Assembly: GCA_030390025.1 (NCBI GenBank)
Contig: JASTWF010000034.1
Coordinates: 4,526,001-4,590,000 of the forward strand
Reading direction: 5' to 3'
Source of the DNA: Squalus acanthias
Lineage: Eukaryota
Length of the DNA stretch: 64,000 nt
Shown: positions 22,538 to 33,700 of the stretch, one piece after another
Layout of the letters: the number at the start of each line of letters is the position of its first letter
Numbering within the stretch: the stretch's first letter is position 1
Notes under the pieces: model-generated
Databases searched by the model: none
What the model was told of the DNA's origin: nothing
Seen by the model: only the letters and a program-made list of their open reading frames with translations
Made by a program: the position numbers and the translations under genes

Positions 22538-23194
22538 GAGTTACTGTGAGACAATCTATTAGAATTCACAGAAACTAAACACAGAGAAAATGCATTCAAT
22601 CTTTCCCTACATCAAAGACACACTAAGAGCACAGCCAAGACAATGAGATGTGTCCCAGGGGGTCCAACGTGTCAAAACACCTGCTGGCTGCATATCCTCT
22701 CCATTTGGGTTTGTTTCTTGTGTTTGTTTTTTTAAAAAGCTGGAAAGACCGGCAACGATGTCAAGTCACGTTCTGTATCGTGACATGAACCCGATATCCC
22801 GATTGAGGCCATCCTCATGAGTGCGGAACTTGGCTATCTTCTCCAAGGCGGCCTTCGGGATACACGACAACGCAAAATCATCGAGCAGAAACTGATAGCC
22901 AAGTTCCGCACTCATGAGGATGGCCTCAATCGGGATATCGGGTTCATGTCACGATACAGAACGTGACTTGACATCGTTGCCGGTCTTTCCAGCTTTTTAA
23001 AAAAACAAACACAATAAACAAACCCAAATGGAGAGGATATGCAGCCAGCAGGTGTTTTGACACGTTGGACCCCCTGGGACACATCTCATTGTCTTGGCTG
23101 TGCTCTTCGTGTGTCTTTAATGTAGGGAAAGATTGAATGCATTTTCTCTGTGTTTATATTCTGTGAATTCTGATAGATTGTCTCACAGTAACTC

Positions 23195-23230
23195 TACCTG
23201 AGGAAGGGGCGACAGCTCCGAAAGCTTGTA
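23195..23230 (+). ncRNA. Minimal hammerhead ribozyme (PLE family 2, plus arm)
   Basis: TAC CTGAGGA A GGGGC GACA GCTCC GAAAGCTT GTA read directly on the plus strand. Confidence 0.8.
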
Positions 23231-24062
23231 ATTTTAAATAAATCTGTTGGACTATAACCTGGTGTTGTGCGACTTCTCATTTTTATCTATTCTCTATACA
23301 TAGCCATCTATCCTCCATAAAGATCATGTGTTCCTCCGACTGGCACATTAGCTGCTCCATGTAGCTGCCCATCCTATCCATGGAGGAGCCTACAGTCACC
23401 ATGGGCTGTGACATGCTGGTGGTCATGTTGCAGATGGGCTCCTCCATTCTCTGAACATTTGCAGACATCGCGCTCGTAAAACCTGTCAGAGCCCCCTGCA
23501 CTTCTTGCTGCACCTCCAGGATCGCCCTCTTTCTGGATGGCCCCCGAGGCTCAGCGTCTGCATGCAGCTGAGCAGAGCTGGGAGCGTCCTGCGCCCTAAG
23601 GCAAGGAGTCTCCACTGCTGTCCCTGTGTCCACCATCTGCTCTTGCACACTTGTAAGTTATGAGACACCAGGTTACAACACTACTCTATCTCGTGTGGGA
23701 CTCACCGAGGTTTGCGTGTCTGCCCTTGTATTGGGTGAGCTTATGTCTGGTGATGGTGAGCCCTCAGAGGCTGGCGGCTCCACTGAGGAGTCATCTTCCT
23801 CTTCCTCCTGGACAGTGGAGGGGGGAGCTCTTGATGGACGTGTGGAAGAGTGAAGATATGAGTTGGATATGTCATATGAAGAATGGGTACAGATATCATT
23901 ATGCACACGATGACCATTCAGTGAGATGAGTGCCCATATGAGTGACGGATGTATGCCATGTAGCTTTATGATATGTAATTCTGTCACCAGGTTGCCGAGA
24001 TGTCCCACTTGCTCCGTCTCCCAACTCCAGCTGCTCGGCGATTCCAGATATTTCTATTGGAG

Positions 24063-24374
24063 CTAGTGAGATAATGTAAATAAAAAGAGAGGGATGGGTG
24101 GACGTGCAAGGTATGTTGTTGTGTGTAACACTGTGCAGAGATAGAGTTGGGAAGGCAGAGTGATGTGGGTGTGATGAGGGTCACAGCAAGATGAAGGTGA
24201 GTGCAGCTTTGTACTCATATTTCCTGATCTAATGAGATTATTGAAACGTTTGTGGCACTGCACCCAGGTCTTCCTGACAACATCCCTGCTGGTGACCCCC
24301 TCTGCAATCTCCAACCAGGCTGTTTTGGTGTCCTGGAGAGGTCTCTTCCGTCCATTGGAAGAGAAGAGGACCAC
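24063..24374 (-). pseudogene. Myb/SANT-like (trihelix) DNA-binding domain remnant, Harbinger ORF2-like
   Basis: VLF...KTAWLEIAEGV....RKTWVQCHKRFNNL matches the W..IA..V...R...QC+KRF.DL pattern. Confidence 0.7.
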
Positions 24375-24702
24375 CCTGAATGCTTTGACTCCCTCTGCCT
24401 ATGTGCAGTCATTGTTAGTGTTTGCAGCACTCCAATGCTGTAGTGCACTGACAGCACTATGTTACATTGACATTCAAATCCAATGTGGCCGTGGCCCCTT
24501 TAAAGATCACGGCTGAAAACGCGTCATCGATGACGTCAACAGACCAGACCCGTCTAATTGTCCTGGGTAACGCACTGGGCGGGCTCAATATGCCCCATTG
24601 ACGTAAAGTTAATTTCAGCAGCGGGCTGGAGCCAGCAGTCGGGTCACGACCTGCCATGGCCACATCCCCCACCGGACCTGCCCAGGTAGGCACAATTCCG
24701 GC

Positions 24703-25120
24703 CGTGATTTTTACGGCCTTGACGAGTCCAGGGGCCATATGTATTTTCAGTGTGAGAGGTTGCAGCCTCTGTATCGTTACCTAAAGTGGCAGCTCCTCAG
24801 CTTTTGGTTACATTTTAGCCCCAGGCTCCTAATCTTTGGCAACCTGGTGCAGAGTGGGGTGAGTAAGGCGTCGGATCTTCTCCTGGACCTGCTCTTGGGC
24901 TTGGCTGAAAGAGCAATTTATAGGTTCAGGGTGGGCGGGGCCCATCGGGTGCGAGGGTGTCTCTGGCTTCCTGCCTCAGTTCCGCGGTCTTGTCCGTGCC
25001 CAGGTGGCCCTGGAGAGGGTGCATGCAGTGTTTACTGGTAGGTACGATATCTTCCGTGACCAGAGGGCACTGCAGATCAGTGAGGTGATAATCGATCCTC
25101 ACAATCACATTGTGATTTAA
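24703..25120 (+). mobile_element. Older Tx1 ORF2 3'-end fragment
   Basis: YFQCERLQPLYRYLKWQLLSFWLHFSP..DLLLDLLLGLA is homologous to the C-terminus of ORF2 at 22020-22397; the frame is disrupted. Confidence 0.85.
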
Positions 25121-25144
25121 TTATTGTTTGTGTGTGGCTGTATT

Positions 25145-25262
25145 GTACATACTTATTACTGGAATAACAACAGAACATGTTGAAAACACTCAGCAGGTCA
25201 GGCAGCATCGAGGAGAGAGAAACAGAGTCAACGTTTCGGGTCGAGAGCCCTTCCTTAGAACT
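25145..25262 (-). repeat. PLE-pLTR-derived short repeat with a degenerate hammerhead
   Basis: Minus strand reads AGTT CTAAGGA AGGG..CCC GAAACGTT GACT; the core CUGA is mutated to CUAA. Confidence 0.55.
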
Positions 25263-25399
25263 GTTACTGGACATTTGTGGTGCGCTGGGACAACTGCCTT
25301 AATGGTTTAATGTCCCCGTCTGGTGACACTAGGGCAACTTAATGTCACCCCGCTACAGGTAGTGAACAAAGGCCCAATCTGAAAATGTGAATGATCTCT

Positions 25400-25970
25400 T
25401 CACCAATTGGAGCTTTCAATGGCGGTGTGTTATCCAGGATACCCCGCGCGGTAGAAAGTGTCCGATCAATGACTACAGGGGCCCAGTGCGCAGGCGCGAA
25501 GCAGGGGGGTGCTCCGAGCAGACGCAGTGCGCGTGGTGACGTGCAGGAGTAATGACGGACAACAATCACAGCATCCAGCAGAGAGAAGCAGAATGAACGT
25601 TTCAGGTCTTGACCTTCGTCAGACTATTTCCTGTTGTACTAATGGCCGAACAAGCGGCTGAAGAGGCGGGAGGAGATTGTAGCGGCCGGGGAGGAATTGG
25701 CGCCGCGGCTGGACTGGGAAGATTCAAAAACACCCGGCGTAGGCCTCAGGCCCCGAATAAGATACCGCAGGGTCCGTGTTTTCGCAGCGCCGCCAGGCCC
25801 GGCCGCCGGGGTGAGCGGAGCGACTGTCCGCCATCTTGTAAGAGGATTTCTCCTCGGCGACAGGGCCGGGTTACCCAGGCAACCGGCCGCCATCTTGCTG
25901 AAGGAAGGCGGGCCTTGGCCCCGCGCCGCCATCTTGGACAGTATGGGGTCAGGGCGCATGCGCTCCTCTC
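25400..25970 (+). promoter_or_regulatory. CpG-island promoter / first exon of the zinc-finger gene
   Basis: High CpG density. YY1-type CCGCCATCTT x3 (25828, 25887, 25926). NRF1-type TGCGCAGGCGC (25487) and GCGCATGCGC (25954). Candidate donor GGG|GTGAGC at 25810/25811. Confidence 0.65.
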
Positions 25971-25994
25971 TCCCAATGCAGCTGCAGCAGGAAC

Positions 25995-26465
25995 ACTTTT
26001 TTAATTCCCTTGAGAAGGTGGTGGTGATTCGCCTTCTTAAACCGCTGCAGTCCATGTGGTAAAGGTACTCCCACTGTGCTGTCAGGGAGGGAGTTCCAGG
26101 ATTTTGACTCGGCGACGATGAAGGATCGGCGATATACTTCCAATTCAGGATTGTGTGACTTGGAGGGGAACTTGGAGGTGGTGGTGTTCCGATGCGCCTG
26201 CTGCCCTTGTCCTTCCAGGTGCAAAGGTCGCAGGTTTGGGAGATGCTGCCGAAGAAGCCTTGGCGAGTTGATGCAGTGCATTTTGTAGATGGTACACACT
26301 GCTGCCACGGTACGCCGGTGGTGAAGTGAGTGAATGTTTAAGGTGATGGATGGTGTGTCAATATAGCGGGCTGCTTTGTCCTGGATGGTGTTGAGCTTCT
26401 TGAGTGTTGTTGGAGCAGTACGCATCAAGGCAAGTGGAGAGTATTCCATCATACTCCTCGCACAC
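25995..26465 (-). mobile_element. Non-LTR retrotransposon 3' fragment (CR1/L2 group)
   Basis: RSMMEYSPLA...LNTIQDKAAR...SLHHRRTVAAVCTIYK...WNSLP is a typical RT C-terminal (thumb and downstream) region. Confidence 0.75.
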
Positions 26466-26696
26466 AGGGGCTGTAGAACTGGAGCCGAGCAGAGACAGGG
26501 AGAGAGTGGCAGAGGGGCAAACATATGATGCAATGGGTAAGGATTTCAGCACGGAGAGTGAGAGGGTGTGGGGCAGGAATTTACAACTTTTGGGGGAAAC
26601 AAGAGAGGAAAGATTGTTCCATAGAAACTAGAATTGTCTGTTCTGAATTTCTGTTCTGTACTTAGAGTGATGACTTTTGTAATCTCCTTTTTACAG

Positions 26697-27408
26697 GGTA
26701 TTAGAAGGGGAGGATTTGTAGACAAGAAACTCACACCAAACATCACGCCAGGATCTGACAGTCACTCGATTCATCAGGACCTGAATATCATCGGTCTTTG
26801 AATGCGGAAGGAGAAATCTTTCTCTGTTCTTGTGTTTGGGAAAGGATTTCAAACACCTTGTGACTGGGAAAGCACCGAGACCCATTCACACTTGAGCGAG
26901 AGTGTTCCTGTGCACTGACTGTGGAGAGAGCTGTAACCAGCTACACAGCCTGAAAAAACTTCACACCGTTCACAGCGGGGAGAAACCGTACACGTGTTCT
27001 GTTTGTGGACGAGGCTTCAACCGATCGTCCAACCTGGAGAGAAAGAAAGACCATGGAGTAACCGTAGGAATGTGGAGACTGTGAGAAGGGATTCAATGAT
27101 CCATCTGAGATGCAAATTCATCAGCGCAGTCACACTGGGGAGAGACTGTTGACCCGCTCCGTATGTGGGAAGGGATTAAGTCGGTCATCCAGTCTGCTGA
27201 AACACCAGCGAGTTCACACTGACGAGAGACTGTTCAGTTGCTTTTACTGTGGGAAGAGATTCAGTCATCCCACCTCATTGAACACCAGCATGTTCACAGT
27301 GGAGAGAATCCGTTCACCTGCTCCGTGTGTGTGAAGGGATTCACAAGGTCATCCAGTCAGCTGAAACACCAGCAAATTCTCTCTGACAGCAGACATTTTA
27401 AAAGTTCT
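26697..27408 (+). pseudogene. Tandem C2H2 (Kruppel-type) zinc-finger pseudogene, ~6-7 fingers
   Basis: Acceptor tctcctttttacag at 26696. Linkers HSGEKPYTCSVCG, HTGERL and HSGENPFTCSVC are spread over three frames, with lost Cys/His ligands. Confidence 0.88.
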
Positions 27409-27744
27409 TGTAAGGATTGGTATGTATAGATTATTAAATAGAATACATTGGTTGACATATAGAATTATTTCAATATTAAGCGCGAATACCGAGTGATTAA
27501 GTTAGGTTAAAACACACTCCAGATAGACACACATCTGCTGCCGAGCATGGGTGAGTTTGAAGATTGAATTTAATGCCAGCAGGTTGTCTGGAGGACTGCT
27601 GGGGAGTGTGGCTAGAGAATCAGTCCCTTCTGTAAAGGACTTTGGAAGCTGTCAGGGTTTGAAGGTTACAGAAGCAGGTAATTAACACTCCTGTGTGGGA
27701 GAGTAACGAAAACACGAACAGAGATTAATGGACAAGCACAACGA

Positions 27745-30700
27745 CTAATAACAGCTCACATCCCCACTAAACCAGCAGCTCACTGGCCCACTAAACCAGC
27801 AGCTCACTGGCCCACTAAACCAGCAGCTCACTGGCCCACTAAACCAGCAGCTCACTGGCCCACTAAACCAGCAGCTCACTGGCCCACTAAACCAGCAGCT
27901 CACTTGCCCACTAAACCAGCAGCTCACTGCCCGACTAAAACAGCAGCTCCCTGGCCCACTAAACCAGCAGCTCACTGGCCCACTAAACCAGCAGCTCCCT
28001 GGCCCACTAAACCAGCAGCTCACCTCCTCACTGAACCAGCAGCTCCCTGGCCCACTAAACCAGCAGCTCCCTGGTCCACTAAAAAAGCAGCTCGCTGGCC
28101 CACTAAACCAGCAGCTCCCTGGCCCACTAAACCAGCAGCTCCCTGGCCCACTAAACCAGCAGTCACTGTCCCGCTAAACCGGCAGCTCAATAGCCCACTA
28201 AACCAGCAGCTCCCTGGCCCACTAAACCAGCAGCTCCCTGGCCCACTAAACCAGCAGCTCACTGGCACACTAAACCAGCAGCTCAACTCCCCACTAAACC
28301 AGCAGCTCACTGGCCCACTAAACCAGCAGCTCACTGGCGCACTAAACCAGCAGCTTACTGGCTCACTAAACCAGCAGTCACTGTCCCGCTAAACCAGCAG
28401 CTCAATAGCCCACTAAACCAGCAGCTCCCAGGCCCACTAAACCGGCAGCTCACTGGCCCACTAAACCGGAAGCTCTATGACCCACTAAACCAGAAGCTCA
28501 CTGGCCCACTAAACCGGCAGCTCACTGGCCCACCAAACCAGCAGCTCACTGGCCCACAAACCAGCAGCACACTGGCCCAATAAACCGATAGCCCACCTCC
28601 CCACTAAACCAGCAGCTCACTGGCCGAATAAACCAGCAGCTCACTGACCCACTAAACCAGCAGCTCACTGGCCCACTAAACCAGCAGCTCACCTCCCCAC
28701 TAAACCAGCAGCTCACTGGCCCAATAAACCAGCAGCTCACTGGCACAATAAACCAGCAGCTCACTGGCCGAATAAACCAGCAGCTCACTGGCCCACTAAA
28801 CCAGCAGCTCACTGGCCCACTAAACCAGCAGCTCACCTCCCCACTAAACCAGCAGCTCAGTGGCCCACTAAACCAGCAGCTCACTGGCCCACTAAACCAG
28901 CAGCTCACTGGCCCACTAAACCAGCAGCTCACTGGCCCACTAAACCAGCAGCTCACTGGCCCACTTACCCAGCAGCTCACCTCCCCACTTAACCAGCAGC
29001 TCACTGCTCACGAAACCAGCAGCTCCCTGGCCCACTAAACCAGCAGCTCACCGGCAAACTAAACCAGCAGCTCTCCTCCCCAATAAACCAGCAGCTCACT
29101 GGCACAATAAACCAGCAGCTCACTGGCCCAATAAACCAGCAGCTCACTGACCCACTAAACCAGCAGCTCACTGGCCCACTAAACCAGCAGCTCACTGGCC
29201 CACTAAACCAGCAGCTCACCGGCCAACTAAACCAGCAGCTCACCTCCCCACTAAACCAGCAGCTCACTGGCCCACCAAACCAGCAGCTCACTGGCCCACT
29301 AAACCAGCAGCTCACTAGCCCACTAAATCAGCAGCTCACTGGCCCACTAAACCAGCAGCTCACTGGCCAACTAAACCAGCAGCTCACCTCCCCACTAAAC
29401 CAGCAGCTCACTGGCCCACCAAACCAGCAGCTCACTGGCCCACTAAACCAGCAGCTCACTGGCCCACTAAACCAGCAGCTCACTGGCCCACTAAACCAGC
29501 AGCTCACTGGCCAACTAAACCAGCAGCTCACCTCCCCAATAAACTAGCAGCTCACCGACCCACTAAACCAGCAGCTCACTGCTCACTAAACCAGCAGCTC
29601 CCTGCCCCACTAAACCAGCAGCTCACCGGCCAACTAAACCAGCAGCTCACCTCCCCACTAAACAAGCAGCTCACTGCTCACTAAACCAGCAGCTCCCTGG
29701 CACACTAAACCAGCAGCTCACTGGCCCACTAAACCAGCAGCTCACTGACCCACTCAACCAGCAGCTCACTGACCCACTAAACCAGCAGCTCCCTGGCCCA
29801 CTAAACCAGCAGCTCCCTGGCCCACTAAACCAGCAGCTCACTGGACCAATAAAAAAGCAGGTCACTCGCCCACTAAACCAGCAGCTCACTGGCCCACTAA
29901 ACCAGCAGCTCACCTGACCCACTAAACAAGCAGCTCACTGGCCCACTAAACCAGCAGCTCCCTGGCCCACTAAACCAGCAGCTCACCTCCCCACTGAACC
30001 AGAAGCTCCCTGGCCCACTAAACCAGCAGCTCCCTGGCCCACTAAACCAGCAGCTCCCTGGCCCACTAAAAAAGCAGCTCGTGGCCCACTAAACCAGCAG
30101 CTCCCTGGCCCAGTAAACCAGCAGCTCGCTGGCCCACTAAACCAGCAGCTCCCTGGCCCACTAAACCAGCAGCACCCTGGCCCACTAAACCCGCAGCTCA
30201 CTGTCCCGCTAAACCAACAGTCACTGTCCCACTAAACCGGCAACTCACTGGCCCACTAAAACAGCAGCTCACTGGCCCACTAAAACAACAGCTCACTGGC
30301 CCACTAAACCAGCAGCTCACTGGCCCACTAAACCAGCAGCTCACTGGCCCACTAAACCAGCAGCTCACTGGCCCACTAAACCAGCAGCTCACTGGCCCAC
30401 TAAACCAGCAGCTCACTGGACCACTAAACCAGCAGCTCACTGGCCCACTAAAACAGCAGCTCACTGGCCCACTAAACCAGCAGCTCACTGGCCCACTAAA
30501 TCAGCAGCTCACTGGCCCACTAAACCAGCAGCTCACTGACCCAATAAACCGGCAGCTCACTGGCCCACTAAACCAGCAGCTCACTGGCCCACTAAACCAG
30601 CAGCTCACTGACCCACTAAACCAGCAGCTCACTAACCCAATAAACCGGCAGCTCACTGGCCCACTAAACCAGCAGCTCACTGGCCCACTAAACCAGCAGC

Positions 30701-33700
30701 TCACTGGCCAACTAAACCAGCAGTCACTGTCCCACTAAACCAGCAGCTCACTGTCCCGCTAAACCAGCAGCTCCCTGGCCCACTAAACCAGCAGCTCCCT
30801 GGCCCACTAAACCGGCAGCTCACTGGCCCACTAAACCAGCAGCTCACTGGCCCAATAAATCGACAGCTCACCTCCCCACTAAACCAGCAGCTCACTGGCC
30901 GAATAAACCAGCAGCTCACTGACCCACTAAACCAGCAGCTCACTGGCCCACTAAACCAGCAGCTCACCTCCCCACTAAACCAGCAGCTCAGTTGCCCACT
31001 AAACCAGCAGCTCACTGGCCCACTAAACCAGCAGCTCACTGGCCCACTAAAACAGCAGCTCACTGGCCCACTAAACCAGCAGCTCACTGGCCCACTTACC
31101 CAGCAGCACACCTCCCCACTAAACCAGCAGCTCACTGGCCCACTAAACTAGCAGCTCACCTCCCCACTAAACCAGCAGCTCACCTCCCCACTAAACCAGC
31201 AGCTCACCTCCCCACTTAACCAGCAGCTCACTGCTCACTAAACCAGCAGCTCCCTGGCCCACTAAACCAGCAGCTCACCGGTCAACTATACCAGCAGCTC
31301 ACCTCCCCAATAAACCAGCAGCTCACTGGCCCACTAAACCAGCAGCTCACTGGCCCACTAAACCAGCAGCTCACTGGCCCACTAAACCAGCAGCTCACTG
31401 GCCCACTAAACCAGCAGCTCACTGGCCCACTAAACCAGCAGCTCACTGGCCCACTAAACCAGCAGCTCACTGGCCAACTAAACCAGCAGCTCACCTCCCC
31501 AATAAACTAGCAGCTCACCGACCCACTAAACCAGCAGCTCACTGCTCACTAAACCAGCAGCTCCCTGGCCCACTAAACCAGGAGCTCACCGGCCAAGTAA
31601 ACCAGCAGCTCACTGCTCACTAAACCAGCAGCTCCCTGACACACTAAACCAGCAGCTCACTGACCCACTCAACCAGCAGCTCACCGGCTCACTAAACCAG
31701 CAGCTCACTGGCCCAATAAACCAGCAGCTCCCTGGCCTACTAAACCAGCAGCTCCCTGGCCCACTAAACCAGCAGCTCACTGGACCACTAAAAAGCAGGT
31801 CACTCGCCCACTAAACCAGCAGCTCACTGGCCCACTAAACCAGCAGCTCACCTGACCCACTAAACAAGCAGCTCACTGGCCCACTAAACCAGCAGCTCCC
31901 TGGCCCACTAAACCAGCAGCTCACCTCCCCACTGAACCAGCAGCTCCCTGGCCCACTAAACCAGCAGCTCCCTGGCCCACTAAACCAGCAGCTCCCTGGC
32001 CCACTAAAAAAGCAGCTCCCTGGCCCAGTAAACCAGCAGCACGCTGGCCCACTAAACCAGCAGCTCCCTGGCCCACTAAACCAGCAGCTCCCTGGCCCAC
32101 TAAAACAGCAGCTCACTGGCCCACTAAAAAAGCAGATTCCTGGTCCACTAAACCAGCAGCTCACTGTCCCGCTAAACCAGCAGTCACTGTCCCACTAAAC
32201 CGGCAACTCACTGGCCCACTAAAACAGCAGCTCACTGGCCCACTAAACCAGCAGCTCACTGGCCCACTAAACCAGCAGCTCACTGGCCCACTAAACCAGC
32301 AGCTCACTGGCCCACTAAACCATCAGCTCACTGACCCAATAAACCGGCAGCTCACTGGCCCACTAAACCAGCAGCTCACTGGCCAACTAAACCAGCAGCT
32401 CACTGGATCACTAAACCAGCAGTCACTGTCCCGCTAAACCGGCAGCTCAATAGTCCACTAAACCAGCAGCTCCCTGGCCCACTAAACCGGCAGCTCACTG
32501 GCCCACTAAACCAGCAGCTCGCCTCCCCACTAAACCAGCAGCTCACTGGCCCACTATACCAGCAGCTCACTGGCCCACTAAACCATCAGCTCACTGACCC
32601 AATAAACCAGCAGCTCCCTGGCCTACTAAACCAGCAGCTCCCTGGCCCACTAAACCAGCAGCTCACTGGACCACTAAAAAGCAGGTCACTCGCCCACTAA
32701 ACCAGCAGCTCACTGGCCCACTAAACCAGCAGCTCACCTGACCCACTAAACAAGCAGCTCACTGGCCCACTAAACCAGCAGCTCCCTGGCCCACTAAACC
32801 AGCAGCTCACCTCCCCACTGAACCAGCAGCTCCCTGGCCCACTAAACCAGCAGCTCACTGGCCCACTAAAAAAGCAGCTCCCTGGCCCAGTAAACCAGCA
32901 GCACGCTGGCCCACTAAACCAGCAGCTCCCTGGCCCACTAAACCAGCAGCTCCCTGGCCCACTAAAACAGCAGCTCACTCGCCCACTAAACCGGCAACTC
33001 ACTGGCCCACTAAAACAGCAGCTCACTGGCCCACTAAACCAGCAGCTCACTGGCCCACTAAACCAGCAGCTCACTGGCCCACTAAACCAGCAGCTCACTG
33101 GCCCACTAAACCATCAGCTCACTGACCCAATAAACCGGCAGCTCACTGGCCCACTAAACCAGCAGCTCCCTGGCCCACTAAACCAGCAGCTCCATGGTCC
33201 ACTAAACCAGCAGCTCCCTGGCCCACTAAACCAGCAGCTCGCCTCCCCACTAAACCAGCAGCTCACTGGCCCACTAAACCAGCAGCTCACTGGCTCACTA
33301 AACCAGCAGTCACTGTCCCGCTAAACCAGCAGCTCAATAGTCCACTAAACCAGCAGCTCCCTGGCCCACTAAACCGACAGCTCACTGGCCCACTAAACCG
33401 GAAGCTCTATGACCCACGAAACCAGAAGCTCACTGGCCCACAAACCAGCAGCACACTGGCCCAATAAACCGACAGCTCACCTCCCCACTAAACCAGCAGC
33501 TCACTGGCCGAATAAACCAGCAGCTCACTGACCCACTAAACCAACAGCTCACTGGCCCACTAAACCAGCAGCTCACCTCCCCACTAAACCAGCAGCTCAC
33601 TGGCCCAATAAACCAGCAGCTCACTGGCACAATAAACCAGCAGCTCACTGGCCGAATAAACCAGCAGCTCACTGGCCCACTAAACCAGCAGCTCACTGGC

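Larger units (their letters stand above)
15223..23284. mobile_element. Penelope-like element family 2: inverted pLTR pair interrupted by Tx1, 13-bp TSD
   Basis: TSD ATCTATTCTCTAT at 15210-15222 and 23285-23297. The minus arm is 15223-15280 + 22465-22838. The plus arm 22839-23284 encodes LQGGLRDTRQRKIIEQKLIAKFRTHEDGLNRDIGFMSRYRT*. Confidence 0.88.
13337..24702. mobile_element. Harbinger/PIF-like DNA transposon relic (host of the nested insertions)
   Basis: Myb/SANT-like ORF on the minus strand at 24063-24374. Host sequence is joined across two TSD-flanked insertions. There is a possible terminus AATTCCGGCC at ~24693-24702; no left TIR was found and the boundaries are approximate. Confidence 0.5.

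Noticed and set aside
25609..26062. 121-138-aa ORFs over the CpG island
   Set aside because: GC-rich promoter sequence running into a LINE fragment, with no domain signature.
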